From an uncultured virus (IMG/VR IMGVR_UViG_3300047319_000243) (lineage: Duplodnaviria > Heunggongvirae > Uroviricota > Caudoviricetes): a DNA stretch of 20,000 bases. The stretch lies in IMG/VR virus record IMGVR_UViG_3300047319_000243. One strand, written 5' to 3'. Under the pieces are notes generated by a model. That model was not told the origin of the DNA. It saw only the letters and a list, made by a program, of their open reading frames with translations, and made no database searches. Below are positions 1 through 7,545 of the stretch, in pieces; the stretch's first letter is position 1; each line of letters begins with the position of its first letter. Position numbers and translations under genes: made by a program.

Positions 1-151
1 TACGCTCCCATTTCAACTCGGCGAGCCGGCGGTCGCTCTCATATCGGCGAAAACGCGAGTGAAGCTCTGCGCCGAGCCGACGCATGCCCTCGGGATCGAT
101 TTTCACGGTGCCCGCGGTGGCGGCGGCAGTCGGATCAGCAGCAGATGTCAT
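1..151 (-). CDS. Probable portal protein, N-terminal fragment (runs off the window edge)
   Basis: Read by hand: ATG at 151 (minus) preceded by a GAGGA RBS; MTSAADPTAAATAGTVKIDPEGMRRLGAELHSRFRRYERDRRLAELKWER... is open to the edge. The portal call rests on its position directly after terL. Confidence 0.55.
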   Translation of the reverse strand, partial: MTSAADPTAAATAGTVKIDPEGMRRLGAELHSRFRRYESDRRLAELKWER

Positions 152-178
152 GGAGTCCTCACTAATTTGGCCGTGAGT

Positions 179-1615
179 CTATCGCATGGCGTAACTATTG
201 CCCACATTTCGACGCCCATATCGCTGTTTTTGCACCAGTTTCCGCCCCGCGTGATCCTCGCCCTTCTTCGCATGCCGGCACAGGTACGTGAAAGCGTCCG
301 CGATGTTCGAATGCACGTTCTTATCCGGGATGTCGCGCTGCACATCGGACTTGCTGATCGTGTATTTGTACCCGCCGGTCAGCGCGCGGATCAATTTCGT
401 GCACGACGGGTCGATTTCGAGGCCGGGGCCGTCGCCGGTCAACCGCATCATGTAATACATGGCCGGATCGAGCCGCGAGTCGATCGAATTGTCAGGGTTG
501 TAGACCACCGGGAAGTGCTTTTTCAACTCGTTGATCACGCTCGAACCCTGCTTGGCCTGCGACGAGTTGACCGATGACGGGTCGGGGATCACCAGCACCT
601 CATAACCGCGATACTTCACGGCCAGTTTCGGCCGCAGCTTCTCGGCGATGAACCGGTCGGTGGCGAAGTCGTCGAGCGCGAACTCGTCCAGAATCCGCAC
701 TTTGCCCACCGTGTCGTCGTACTGGCCGATGCAGCAGCCCATGCGCTTGCCCGGATCGTATGCGATCAGCAGCTGGCGCGCGGGGTTCGCGGCGAGCGGG
801 CGCTTGGCGATGTGGATGTCGCGATTGAACATCGGAAACACCGGCTTGCCGGACATCGAATAGCCCCACTCGACCTCGATGAACTGCTTGACCCAGTGGA
901 TCGTCTTGCCCTTGGCCAAGTTCGTGTAGTAGTCACGCTTGCCCGGCAGGTTCTCGGTGTTCTCGGCCTTGTCGCTGAAGCCAGACGGCTGTTTGAAGTA
1001 GGTCCAGTTGTCAGGCACGGGCTGTTCCGGCGGCAGCGCGTCGTGATCCTCCAGCATCGGATACCACCAGTCGGTCTCCATGCCCGGATTCGACGCGCCC
1101 CACATGCCCCAGTTCGTCGCGCCCCCGTCGATCTCAGGCGGATAGCGCCCGCAGCGCGCGGAGAGCGCTTCCACAATCTCTTGAGGGATTTGCACGAACT
1201 CGTCGATGATGGCGAAGGTCACTTCGAGCGAGAGCACGCGGTTCACGTCGTCGGGCGTATCGAGCGGGCGGAACATCACCTCGCACTCCACGTCGCCGAA
1301 GCGCAAAATGAAGTCGCTCGTGGTCGCCTTCCACTTGCCGGCCTGCCCGTCTTTGAACCAGTAGTTGAAGCTCTTGATCGTCGTGTCGCGCAGCTGCGGC
1401 ATCGTCGAGCGCACGATCACGCACCGCGAGCGGCGGATGCCGTCGATCGGCGAGGGCGCTTGCAGGCCCGCCATGTAGATGAGCTTGAAAAAGATCGCGG
1501 TCGTTTTCCCCGAGCCGACCGGGCCGATGATCCAGTCCAGAAATAGCTCTGACTCTTTGTAGTGCTTAATAAAGTCGCGGCCTGTCGGCGGCGGGGAGTA
1601 TTCGACTGACGCCAT
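179..1615 (-). CDS. terL: Phage terminase large subunit
   Basis: 478 aa. Walker A GPVGSGKT, VIVRxTxPQLRDTT motif, Walker B FAIIDE, SNP coupling motif, C-terminal RNase H-like nuclease motifs (AYDPG, PDPS, NIADAFTY). Confidence 0.93.
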   Translation of the reverse strand: MASVEYSPPPTGRDFIKHYKESELFLDWIIGPVGSGKTTAIFFKLIYMAGLQAPSPIDGIRRSRCVIVRSTMPQLRDTTIKSFNYWFKDGQAGKWKATTSDFILRFGDVECEVMFRPLDTPDDVNRVLSLEVTFAIIDEFVQIPQEIVEALSARCGRYPPEIDGGATNWGMWGASNPGMETDWWYPMLEDHDALPPEQPVPDNWTYFKQPSGFSDKAENTENLPGKRDYYTNLAKGKTIHWVKQFIEVEWGYSMSGKPVFPMFNRDIHIAKRPLAANPARQLLIAYDPGKRMGCCIGQYDDTVGKVRILDEFALDDFATDRFIAEKLRPKLAVKYRGYEVLVIPDPSSVNSSQAKQGSSVINELKKHFPVVYNPDNSIDSRLDPAMYYMMRLTGDGPGLEIDPSCTKLIRALTGGYKYTISKSDVQRDIPDKNVHSNIADAFTYLCRHAKKGEDHAGRKLVQKQRYGRRNVGNSYAMR

Positions 1616-1618
1616 GTA

Positions 1619-1738
1619 TTACCCGAGAAGAGAGCGAACGAGGATGACGGTGAGTGCGCCGGCCACGAAGCCGGAGATCGCGCACAAGCCGACTACCAGT
1701 CTCAGTGCGCCGGACAGTTGTTCTTCAGTGACGTTCAC
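1619..1738 (-). CDS. Small membrane protein (39 aa)
   Basis: Not in the ORF track. GTG at 1738 overlaps the upstream TGA (GTGA coupling); MNVTEEQLSGALRLVVGLCAISGFVAGALTVILVRSLLG has one hydrophobic helix and ends 3 nt before terL. Confidence 0.6.
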   Translation of the reverse strand: MNVTEEQLSGALRLVVGLCAISGFVAGALTVILVRSLLG

Positions 1739-2220
1739 GCTGCAGCCCTTGCCATTTTGTTGTGGAGTTCGATCGCGATCGAGGCGGCCTGCACCAAGTC
1801 GCTCGCGTAGCGAATCGTCATCATGCGGGCCTCGGCTTTCATCAGGGCCACGCTCTCACGGGCGCGCGTCACGTCCATCTGACACAGGTCGGCCCCGTCC
1901 TCCAGCAGCTGCATCAGGTCGCGCAGGCCCTCGGACATGACCGGGCGCTGCCACCGCTGGGCGTGCATGTCGAAGCTGTCGCACAGCCCCTCCAACGACG
2001 GCTTGATGGGATACGTGCAGCCATCCATGAAGTGCTTGAAGCAGGGCACCTCCACGCCGTCGTCGACCATCACCAGCACTTCCTCGTTCACGTCGAGTTC
2101 GGTCAGGATGTGGTCGATGGGCGCGAAAACGGAGTGCAGTCGCCACGGCTCGTGACGCAGCAGCTTGCCGCCGCGGTCCCACCCTTGGGGGCGCTTTTTG
2201 GGTTTCTTGGTAGCGGGCAT
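1735..2220 (-). CDS. Hypothetical phage protein (161 aa)
   Basis: Tiles tightly with its neighbours in the minus-strand operon; basic N-terminus. Confidence 0.75.
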   Translation of the reverse strand: MPATKKPKKRPQGWDRGGKLLRHEPWRLHSVFAPIDHILTELDVNEEVLVMVDDGVEVPCFKHFMDGCTYPIKPSLEGLCDSFDMHAQRWQRPVMSEGLRDLMQLLEDGADLCQMDVTRARESVALMKAEARMMTIRYASDLVQAASIAIELHNKMARAAA

Positions 2221-2222
2221 GA

Positions 2223-2414
2223 TTACCAGTTCTGCAAACGGTGCACGAGGATGCTAGCCAGTTGGTCCATGACCTCGTATTGCTGTGCCAAAAGCTGTTG
2301 CTGGATAGGCTTCACCATCGCCAGCTTGTCCGAACACAGGAACGCGTGAAGCTTGCCGATGCGATCCTCCAGATCGGCCAGTTCCTGCTCGACTCGTTGT
2401 TTTGCGTCACTCAT
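2223..2414 (-). CDS. Small coiled-coil phage protein (crAss001_48-related family-like)
   Basis: MSDAKQRVEQELADLEDRIGKLHAFL...QQQLLAQQYEVMDQLASILVHRLQNW matches a widespread small phage protein pattern (E-x-x-EL-x-x-RI-x-KL-x-x-F...LL-x-x-Q...M...IL-x-x-R). ATG at 2414 overlaps the upstream stop. Confidence 0.7.
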   Translation of the reverse strand: MSDAKQRVEQELADLEDRIGKLHAFLCSDKLAMVKPIQQQLLAQQYEVMDQLASILVHRLQNW

Positions 2415-2638
2415 TGGAAAACCTCGTCCGGGCCGGGCAACGCGTCGCACGGCACCACCATCAGTTGCACGGAGCCGTCAGGACGGCCCCCGATCACGAC
2501 TCGGCGCGTGCGAAGCGCCGCGCCGACCGCCAATTCTTCCGCGTTGGTGATCACGACCTCATCGATCCCCAGCTTGTACATCAGAATGGCCACGATCCGG
2601 GCGTCGGACTCGGAGTCGTGTTGGAGGACGCGAATCAT
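2411..2638 (-). CDS. Hypothetical protein (75 aa)
   Basis: Start reassigned to the ATG at 2638, directly after the stop of the upstream small ORF (MIRVLQHDSESDARIVAILMYKLG...). Confidence 0.65.
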   Translation of the reverse strand: MIRVLQHDSESDARIVAILMYKLGIDEVVITNAEELAVGAALRTRRVVIGGRPDGSVQLMVVPCDALPGPDEVFQ

Positions 2639-2639
2639 A

Positions 2640-2780
2640 TCAGTGCTCGTAGAAGCCCGAGAGGTCATCCTCGGCCGCCGCCTCCCGAATAGCCTCACCG
2701 AGATCGCGCAGGCCGCTGCCGATGAACCAGCAGCCGATGACGATGCACATACCGATCCAAAACACGCCGAAGTCGCTCAT
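2640..2780 (-). CDS. Small membrane protein (46 aa)
   Basis: Not in the ORF track. MSDFGVFWIGMCIVIGCWFIGSGLRDLGEAIREAAAEDDLSGFYEH has an N-terminal TM helix and acidic tail; TGATG coupling with the upstream gene. Confidence 0.6.
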   Translation of the reverse strand: MSDFGVFWIGMCIVIGCWFIGSGLRDLGEAIREAAAEDDLSGFYEH

Positions 2781-3163
2781 CACAGTTCATCCCCCACGAC
2801 GTTGAGGAATGTCTCGGCGTCGCGGTGCTCGCGCGCCTCGCGGTGCAGCGCTTCTTTCAGCTGATACCCGAGCAGGGGCCACAGCTGCTCGATCGCATGC
2901 TCGCGGGCCAGATCACGGCCGACCGACGCCTCGAACATCGCCGGGTGCGCGCAGCAGCTGGTGCCGACGATCTTGAACCCGTTCTTGAGCACCATGACGC
3001 AGATCGTGACGAGCGCCAGTTCGGCGTCGTCCTCGTGGGCGTGGCCCATCCAGCGTGCGCCGTCGTGCATCGCGCCTTGCGCGGCGGTGAAGTAGTACGT
3101 CCGGTCGATTGCCGCCTCGATGTCGGACGGTTTGACGCGCGGCACGCTGTTCTGCTGATCCAT
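2780..3163 (-). CDS. Phage protein, N4 Gp49 / Sf6 gene 66 family
   Basis: Characteristic PRV..I...TICVMVLKNGFKIVGTSCCAHPAMFEASVGRDLAREHAIEQLWPLLGYQLK pattern. Confidence 0.85.
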   Translation of the reverse strand: MDQQNSVPRVKPSDIEAAIDRTYYFTAAQGAMHDGARWMGHAHEDDAELALVTICVMVLKNGFKIVGTSCCAHPAMFEASVGRDLAREHAIEQLWPLLGYQLKEALHREAREHRDAETFLNVVGDEL

Positions 3164-3165
3164 GC

Positions 3166-3609
3166 TTATCCCAAGTTGAGAATGATGTTGAAGCCAGTGC
3201 CCGCGCTCGTGTCCTCGGCTTTCTTATCGAGTCCAGCCCAGCGGACGGTATCGGCGATGATCTTCTGGCGCACCGCATCGCTCGTACCGGGGTTCTGCGC
3301 CATCTTGAAGGCGGTTTCCAGATACGCCTCGGCCTGCAGGCGCGCCTTCACCTTGAAGCTCATGCCCTCGACTTTCAGGGCCTCCACGGCGTCTTGAAAC
3401 GCCTTGATGAATACCGGGTGCTTCACCAGTTCCTCGAACTGGGCGTGGGTCAGCCCGTAGGCGGCGCAGATGTTCTGCGGCGAATCCACCTTCATCGCCA
3501 GTTCGTACGGCAGCATCGGCGGGAACCCCATATCGATAGGGTTGCGCATGTCGACGTCTGTCAGACCGGGCAGATTGGGGGTTGGCGGCAGCGCCAGCGG
3601 GTTGTCCAT
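3166..3609 (-). CDS. Putative terminase small subunit
   Basis: 147 aa helical protein, first gene of the packaging operon. N-terminal HTH-like segment (ICAAYGLTHAQFEEL) and a C-terminal beta-strand tail (GFNIILNLG) are typical of TerS. Confidence 0.6.
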   Translation of the reverse strand: MDNPLALPPTPNLPGLTDVDMRNPIDMGFPPMLPYELAMKVDSPQNICAAYGLTHAQFEELVKHPVFIKAFQDAVEALKVEGMSFKVKARLQAEAYLETAFKMAQNPGTSDAVRQKIIADTVRWAGLDKKAEDTSAGTGFNIILNLG

Positions 3610-4093
3610 TACGCGGGAATCCTAACTAATTTGCGCCAAGCATATAGCAACACGGCCCCGCCGGGAAGTGTAAGTAAGAGGAATTTTTGGGGTGAGGTTT
3701 TTCGGGGGCGCGCGGTGGGTGGCTTAGTTTCTCGTCTGAGTGTAACTAAGTGGTTTTTGGCCGGATTCTATATGCGGGGCCATGGACGCGCTACCCCCCG
3801 GGCGTGCCTGAAACCCCCCCGGGGGGTGTCCGCTGGGGGAAAAGAATTACTGCCCGGCGGCGCGCGTGGCGCACGGCGCGCGGGCGTCAGGGCCGTTTGA
3901 TATACAACGTGTTGTCAGGTAAATTCGAAGCGTAGTAGATGTTTTGTCGTAAGCAGTAGCGCAGTCCTATACGGTGATTCGCACGGCACGCCTAGCAGCG
4001 GACCAATACGCGATAGCCTGCGGACTACGCTACGCCGCTTGCGATGTTTCAGGGTGCACGGATAGGACCGGATTCGTTCTAGGTCCAATGCGG

Positions 4094-4126
4094 TGCACGG
4101 AACCGAGCGTTTAACGGTTCCGTGCA
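4094..4126. repeat. Perfect 12-bp inverted repeat (TGCACGGAACCG-N9-CGGTTCCGTGCA)
   Basis: Seen directly in the sequence upstream of the first plus-strand gene. Confidence 0.8.
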
Positions 4127-4151
4127 TGACTGACATTCCGTGCATGCTTTA

Positions 4152-4178
4152 CGTGCGCACGCATAGTGCGTGCGCACG
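4152..4178. repeat. Perfect 12-bp hairpin (CGTGCGCACGCA-TAG-TGCGTGCGCACG)
   Basis: Seen directly in the sequence. Confidence 0.8.
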
Positions 4179-4206
4179 CTCTCTAACAATTCGGGGAATA
4201 TCACTC

Positions 4207-4887
4207 ATGGCAAGCAAAACCATCGTTTCGTCTGGCGCGGCTGTTATCGTTTCCGCATGGCACTACGGCATTGCCGATGCTTTCCAAGCCACCCTAAAGG
4301 CTAAGGACAAGGCACTGGCAATGGTGCGCAAGCAATACAGCGAACGCCCGACGTTCGATCAATACAAGCTCGATCTCGCCGCGCTGCAGTCCATCGCGGA
4401 AGAGAAAGGGCGTTCGTATGAATGGCTTCGCAAGTGCTACGCGAGCGCCATTGTCGAACTGTTTGAAGAGTTGCCCGTATCTGCCGACCCTGAAGCATTG
4501 CGCAAGCGTGCTGAACGTGCGGCGAAAAAGGCACAACAAAAGCAGGTGTTGATCGATACGGGTCTAACGCAAAAGCCGAAAGATTGGGTTGATGTAGAAG
4601 TACCGGCGCAAGCCAAAACCAAGTCTAAGGCAGGTGCGCCGAAGGGTCAGACGCAGGAACAACCCGTCAACTATCAGGAAGGCTTAGAACAGTTCCTGAC
4701 GCGGCATGACACGTTTGAAGTTCTCGACGCACTGGCGCGTATTCTGGCGTCAGACAAGCAAACCGAGCTAGAGGCCGCCGGTCTGGCCAGCATTGCAAGC
4801 AAGCTTAGGCAGTCCATCAAACCGCGCGAAGTGAAGCAAACCGCAAAACGCACCACGCAGAACAACGCGAAGCAAAACGCAGCGTGA
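4207..4887 (+). CDS. Hypothetical early protein (226 aa)
   Basis: ATG at 4207 with a GGGGA RBS (the track's GTG start at 4093 lies in the hairpin region); helical, K/A/Q-rich. Confidence 0.75.
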   Translation: MASKTIVSSGAAVIVSAWHYGIADAFQATLKAKDKALAMVRKQYSERPTFDQYKLDLAALQSIAEEKGRSYEWLRKCYASAIVELFEELPVSADPEALRKRAERAAKKAQQKQVLIDTGLTQKPKDWVDVEVPAQAKTKSKAGAPKGQTQEQPVNYQEGLEQFLTRHDTFEVLDALARILASDKQTELEAAGLASIASKLRQSIKPREVKQTAKRTTQNNAKQNAA

Positions 4888-4897
4888 AGTAACCCTC

Positions 4898-4926
4898 GGA
4901 CAAACGGAGTTGCCCTCCGTTTGTCC
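4898..4926 (-). repeat. 29-bp palindromic element, copy 1 (GGACAAACGGAG ttgcc CTCCGTTTGTCC)
   Basis: Exact arms; loop reads GGCAA on the minus strand; 10 nt after a stop codon and followed by CAACGAGTTG-AAAGGA-ATG. Confidence 0.95.
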
Positions 4927-4951
4927 CTCAACGAGTTGAAAGGAAAACGCC

Positions 4952-5026
4952 ATGGAAATTTATCAATTGTTGATCATCCTATTCGGACAAGTTCTAACCA
5001 TTCTGGTTATGGCTCTCATGCGGTGA
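4952..5026 (+). CDS. 24-aa hydrophobic peptide
   Basis: MEIYQLLIILFGQVLTILVMALMR; AAAGGA RBS in the same element-RBS geometry as the larger genes; followed by a terminator. Confidence 0.6.
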   Translation: MEIYQLLIILFGQVLTILVMALMR

Positions 5027-5047
5027 TATTCCCCATAGTTTCATCTC

Positions 5048-5078
5048 GCCCGCTAGGTCAAGCCTAGCGGGCTTTTTT
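5048..5078 (+). terminator. Rho-independent terminator
   Basis: GCCCGCTAGG-tcaag-CCTAGCGGGC followed by T6. Confidence 0.9.
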
Positions 5079-5108
5079 GCGTCTGTGTTATCCATCCAAC
5101 GTGTTGTG

Positions 5109-5137
5109 GGACAAACGGAGTTTGCCTCCGTTTGTCC
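5109..5137 (-). repeat. 29-bp palindromic element, copy 2 (loop tttgc)
   Basis: Exact arms; loop GCAAA on the minus strand; CAACGTGTTG box on its left side (5097-5106), consistent with an inverted orientation. Confidence 0.95.
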
Positions 5138-5469
5138 GCGCGTCTCTCCATACCGCCTCGACGGTATCCGGTCTCACTGCCTAGCCAATAGCCTGTACTG
5201 TTGGTTATCGGTCTCCCTACGTTGTAACTAAGAGATTCGTCTGGCTACAAACTCGCTTAGTTACGCAATTCCCGGAATAGCGACACTGTAAGGAACTGTA
5301 AGTAACTATCGGTTATTCCGCTTAGCCAATACCGGCGGGCTTCTCCAGCCGGTCTCATAGTTGCGTTACATTTGCTGGTGTAACCAGAGCTTATTGGTGC
5401 CAGACTCCATGTCCTTGTTTCCATTGGGGAATTGGTATCCAATAATCTGCTAATAAACTCATTAAACTC

Positions 5470-5995
5470 AAAAAGCAGGGTGATTTAGGCGATGTATAAA
5501 GTCGAATCCGAAGAGGCAGAGGCAGTAATTCTGCATACAAACAATCATTGAGGTGGTGTTACTGCCTCCACCGAATTACGTTTTCCCTGTTTGCGCCTCC
5601 TATCTCCGAAAACCTGCTTTTTGCGCTTTTTGCGCTTTTTCCCTTATAAATCAAGGCCCGAAAATTCCCATAGTTTCACCAGTTTGCTTAGTGCCTGCTT
5701 TTTAGGCGGCATTTCGTGGCTACCACCTCATAATGTGTGGAGGTGGTAACGGGCATAGACTCGCTATTCGTGAGGCTGTAGATAACGGATTCGTGAGGCA
5801 GTGAATACGTATCCGTGAGGCAGTAGTCCTTACCACCTCATAATGTGTGGAGGTGGTAGAGAGGCGTGAACAGGCGCTCGCTGAGGCTGTACTGCCTCAT
5901 TGGTTATGTGTATGCTTCGGTTTCCTAACCAATCACTGCCTCGGACATTCGGAGTTGGCCTCCGTTTGTCCGGCGCGACAACACGTTACTGCCTC
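5470..5995. repeat. Iteron/operator-like repeat cluster (GAGGYDGTR x14; 28-bp direct repeat at 5721-5748 and 5831-5858); candidate origin
   Basis: Mostly non-coding and lower in GC. TACCACCTC-N10-GAGGTGGTA occurs twice identically; three CGTGAGGCWGT copies are spaced 22-23 bp apart; T-tracts at 5613-5640. Confidence 0.6.
5943..5971 (-). repeat. 29-bp palindromic element, copy 3 (GGACATTCGGAG ttggc CTCCGTTTGTCC)
   Basis: Reverse complement is GGACAAACGGAG gccaa CTCCGAATGTCC, the same arm variant as copies 6 and 10. Confidence 0.9.
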
Positions 5996-5999
5996 TACG

Positions 6000-6551
6000 A
6001 TGGCCTCTGCTCTAGACCTGAAAGGAAAGAAGTTCGGTGATCTCCACGCGATCGAACGATACGAGAACGACGACGCCGGCCGATCGCAGTGGGTTTGCAT
6101 CTGCGACTGTGGCGGGGCGCATATCGCCCGTGGGTCGTATCTGGTCGAGGGGCGCACGACGCGCTGCTCGACGTGCGTGAGAGCCGATGGCATTCGCATC
6201 ATCGTGTGGCACCACCTGTCTATCCACCGCTACGCAGACGGTGGCTTCGCCGATGGCTGTGCAGGCTTCTGTGAGGCGCTGCGCAACGGCAGCAGGGTGA
6301 TCGAGCCGCTGTGGATCGATAAGGTGAGGCGCAAGCGCCATAGCCCGCCGATGCTGCTCGACACGCTGCGCAGGCTCGCCGCGGCGGGATACGTCAAGAC
6401 CAAGACGGACACCGCGTCGCTCACCTCATGGGCCAAGCGCAACGACCACAAGATCGAGTGGCACATCCACAACGAGGGCGACGCGGTGTGGGCAGCGTGG
6501 CACCAGCTGACAGGCGAGTGGCGCGGGCCGGCAGATCGCAAGCCCCAATAA
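6000..6551 (+). CDS. Protein with an N-terminal Zn-binding module of the type found in HNH/AP2 homing-endonuclease-like proteins; C-terminus unassigned
   Basis: ATG at 6000: LDLKGKKFGDLHAIER...WVCICDCG...L..GRTTRCSTC matches the DLxGxxFGxLxV...WxCxCDCG...CxxC module. Confidence 0.65.
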   Translation: MASALDLKGKKFGDLHAIERYENDDAGRSQWVCICDCGGAHIARGSYLVEGRTTRCSTCVRADGIRIIVWHHLSIHRYADGGFADGCAGFCEALRNGSRVIEPLWIDKVRRKRHSPPMLLDTLRRLAAAGYVKTKTDTASLTSWAKRNDHKIEWHIHNEGDAVWAAWHQLTGEWRGPADRKPQ

Positions 6552-6784
6552 CAGGTGATCGGGACACATCGCGTCTTGTCAATATTTGTCCCACGATTTA
6601 CTCAAGTAATAGTTACATCCCCGTGCGCAGAAACTGCGCAAAAGCCTGTCAACCGAAAGCGAACTGCCGCGTTGCGCACACGTTTGCAATCTCGCAAGTG
6701 ATTGATAGATAAGGCAAGACGGACTTGTAACTAAGCGTTAGAAAAGATTGCCAGAGGATTTACATCTTTTCAGATCTTTTTGTC

Positions 6785-6813
6785 TTGCGGTTCTTCAATG
6801 CTCATTTCATAAT
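6785..6813 (+). promoter_or_regulatory. Candidate sigma70 promoter (TTGCGG-17-CATAAT)
   Basis: Partial consensus with 17-bp spacing in AT-rich intergenic DNA upstream of element copy 4. Confidence 0.4.
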
Positions 6814-6869
6814 GCAATCCACTGACCGGTTGGACAAGAAGCGAACACCCGGCAGCACAAATTACAGGC

Positions 6870-6898
6870 GGACAAACGGAGGCCGACTCCGTTTGTCC
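6870..6898 (+). repeat. 29-bp palindromic element, copy 4 (loop gccga)
   Basis: Exact arms; 36 nt upstream of the ATG at 6935. Confidence 0.95.
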
Positions 6899-6934
6899 GG
6901 CACACAACGGCAGTACCCCACAAGGCGCACGGCA

Positions 6935-7255
6935 ATGAAAGTGGTGTTTAGCAAAGGCTTCCCGATCCCTAAAACCCGCTACGCTGGTATTGAGGACATC
7001 GAAGCATTGGAGACAGAAGCGGAGAAGCGTTCGGTGATCGTGCAAGGCGTGCGCAACGTGCGCATGGTCGCCGGCAAGCTGACGCTGGAGTTTCACGACC
7101 CGATCAACGCGTGCGTCGCGTGCACTGAACTCGGGTTCAAAGGCGCGGACAACGAGCGCACGGTTGATGTGCCGCTGCGCTATCGCGACGGCGTGCATGC
7201 GGCGGCCGTGATCGGCAAGTATGCGTACAGCGACTACGAGATCAAGACGCGGTGA
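6935..7255 (+). CDS. Hypothetical protein (106 aa)
   Basis: MKVVFSKGFPIPKTRY...; start placed at the ATG downstream of copy 4. Confidence 0.7.
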   Translation: MKVVFSKGFPIPKTRYAGIEDIEALETEAEKRSVIVQGVRNVRMVAGKLTLEFHDPINACVACTELGFKGADNERTVDVPLRYRDGVHAAAVIGKYAYSDYEIKTR

Positions 7256-7428
7256 TTGTGCGCAACAACGCGCGGTGGACGAGGCTCGCCACAGAGACGC
7301 CGGGCAACGTGATGGTGACGTGTCGTGTGGGCTTCGACTTCAAGAGCGTGCGCACGGTGGCGGTGACGTATTGGCGCAGCAAACGCAACGGCAAGCGCTA
7401 CTGCCACATATCACCGGGCAGGTACTGA
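7252..7428 (+). CDS. Hypothetical basic protein (58 aa)
   Basis: Not in the ORF track. GTGA overlap with the upstream stop; MIVRNNARWTRLATETPGNVMVTCRVGFDFKSVRTVAVTYWRSKRNGKRYCHISPGRY. Confidence 0.55.
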   Translation: MIVRNNARWTRLATETPGNVMVTCRVGFDFKSVRTVAVTYWRSKRNGKRYCHISPGRY

Positions 7429-7464
7429 AGCCTTATCCCACAAGGGGTTGACCCACAAGACGAC

Positions 7465-7493
7465 TTGACAGTAATCCTAATTTGTGAGACAAT
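7465..7493 (+). promoter_or_regulatory. Strong sigma70-type promoter (TTGACA-17-GACAAT with extended TG)
   Basis: Perfect -35 hexamer, 17-bp spacer, TGn before the -10, intergenic. Confidence 0.7.
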
Positions 7494-7545
7494 ATAGGCG
7501 TTGGTGAAGGAAGGGCAGCAGTAGATGACAGGGCAGTAACGACGC

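Noticed and set aside
59..1546. Plus-strand ORFs over terL (59-577, 812-1546)
   Set aside because: Antisense shadows of the terminase gene.
6785..6934. ORF-track N-terminal extensions (6785 and 5847, also 4093 and 7900)
   Set aside because: They run through palindromes, promoters or other genes; downstream ATGs at 6935, 6000, 4207 and 8392 fit the RBS or domain boundaries better.
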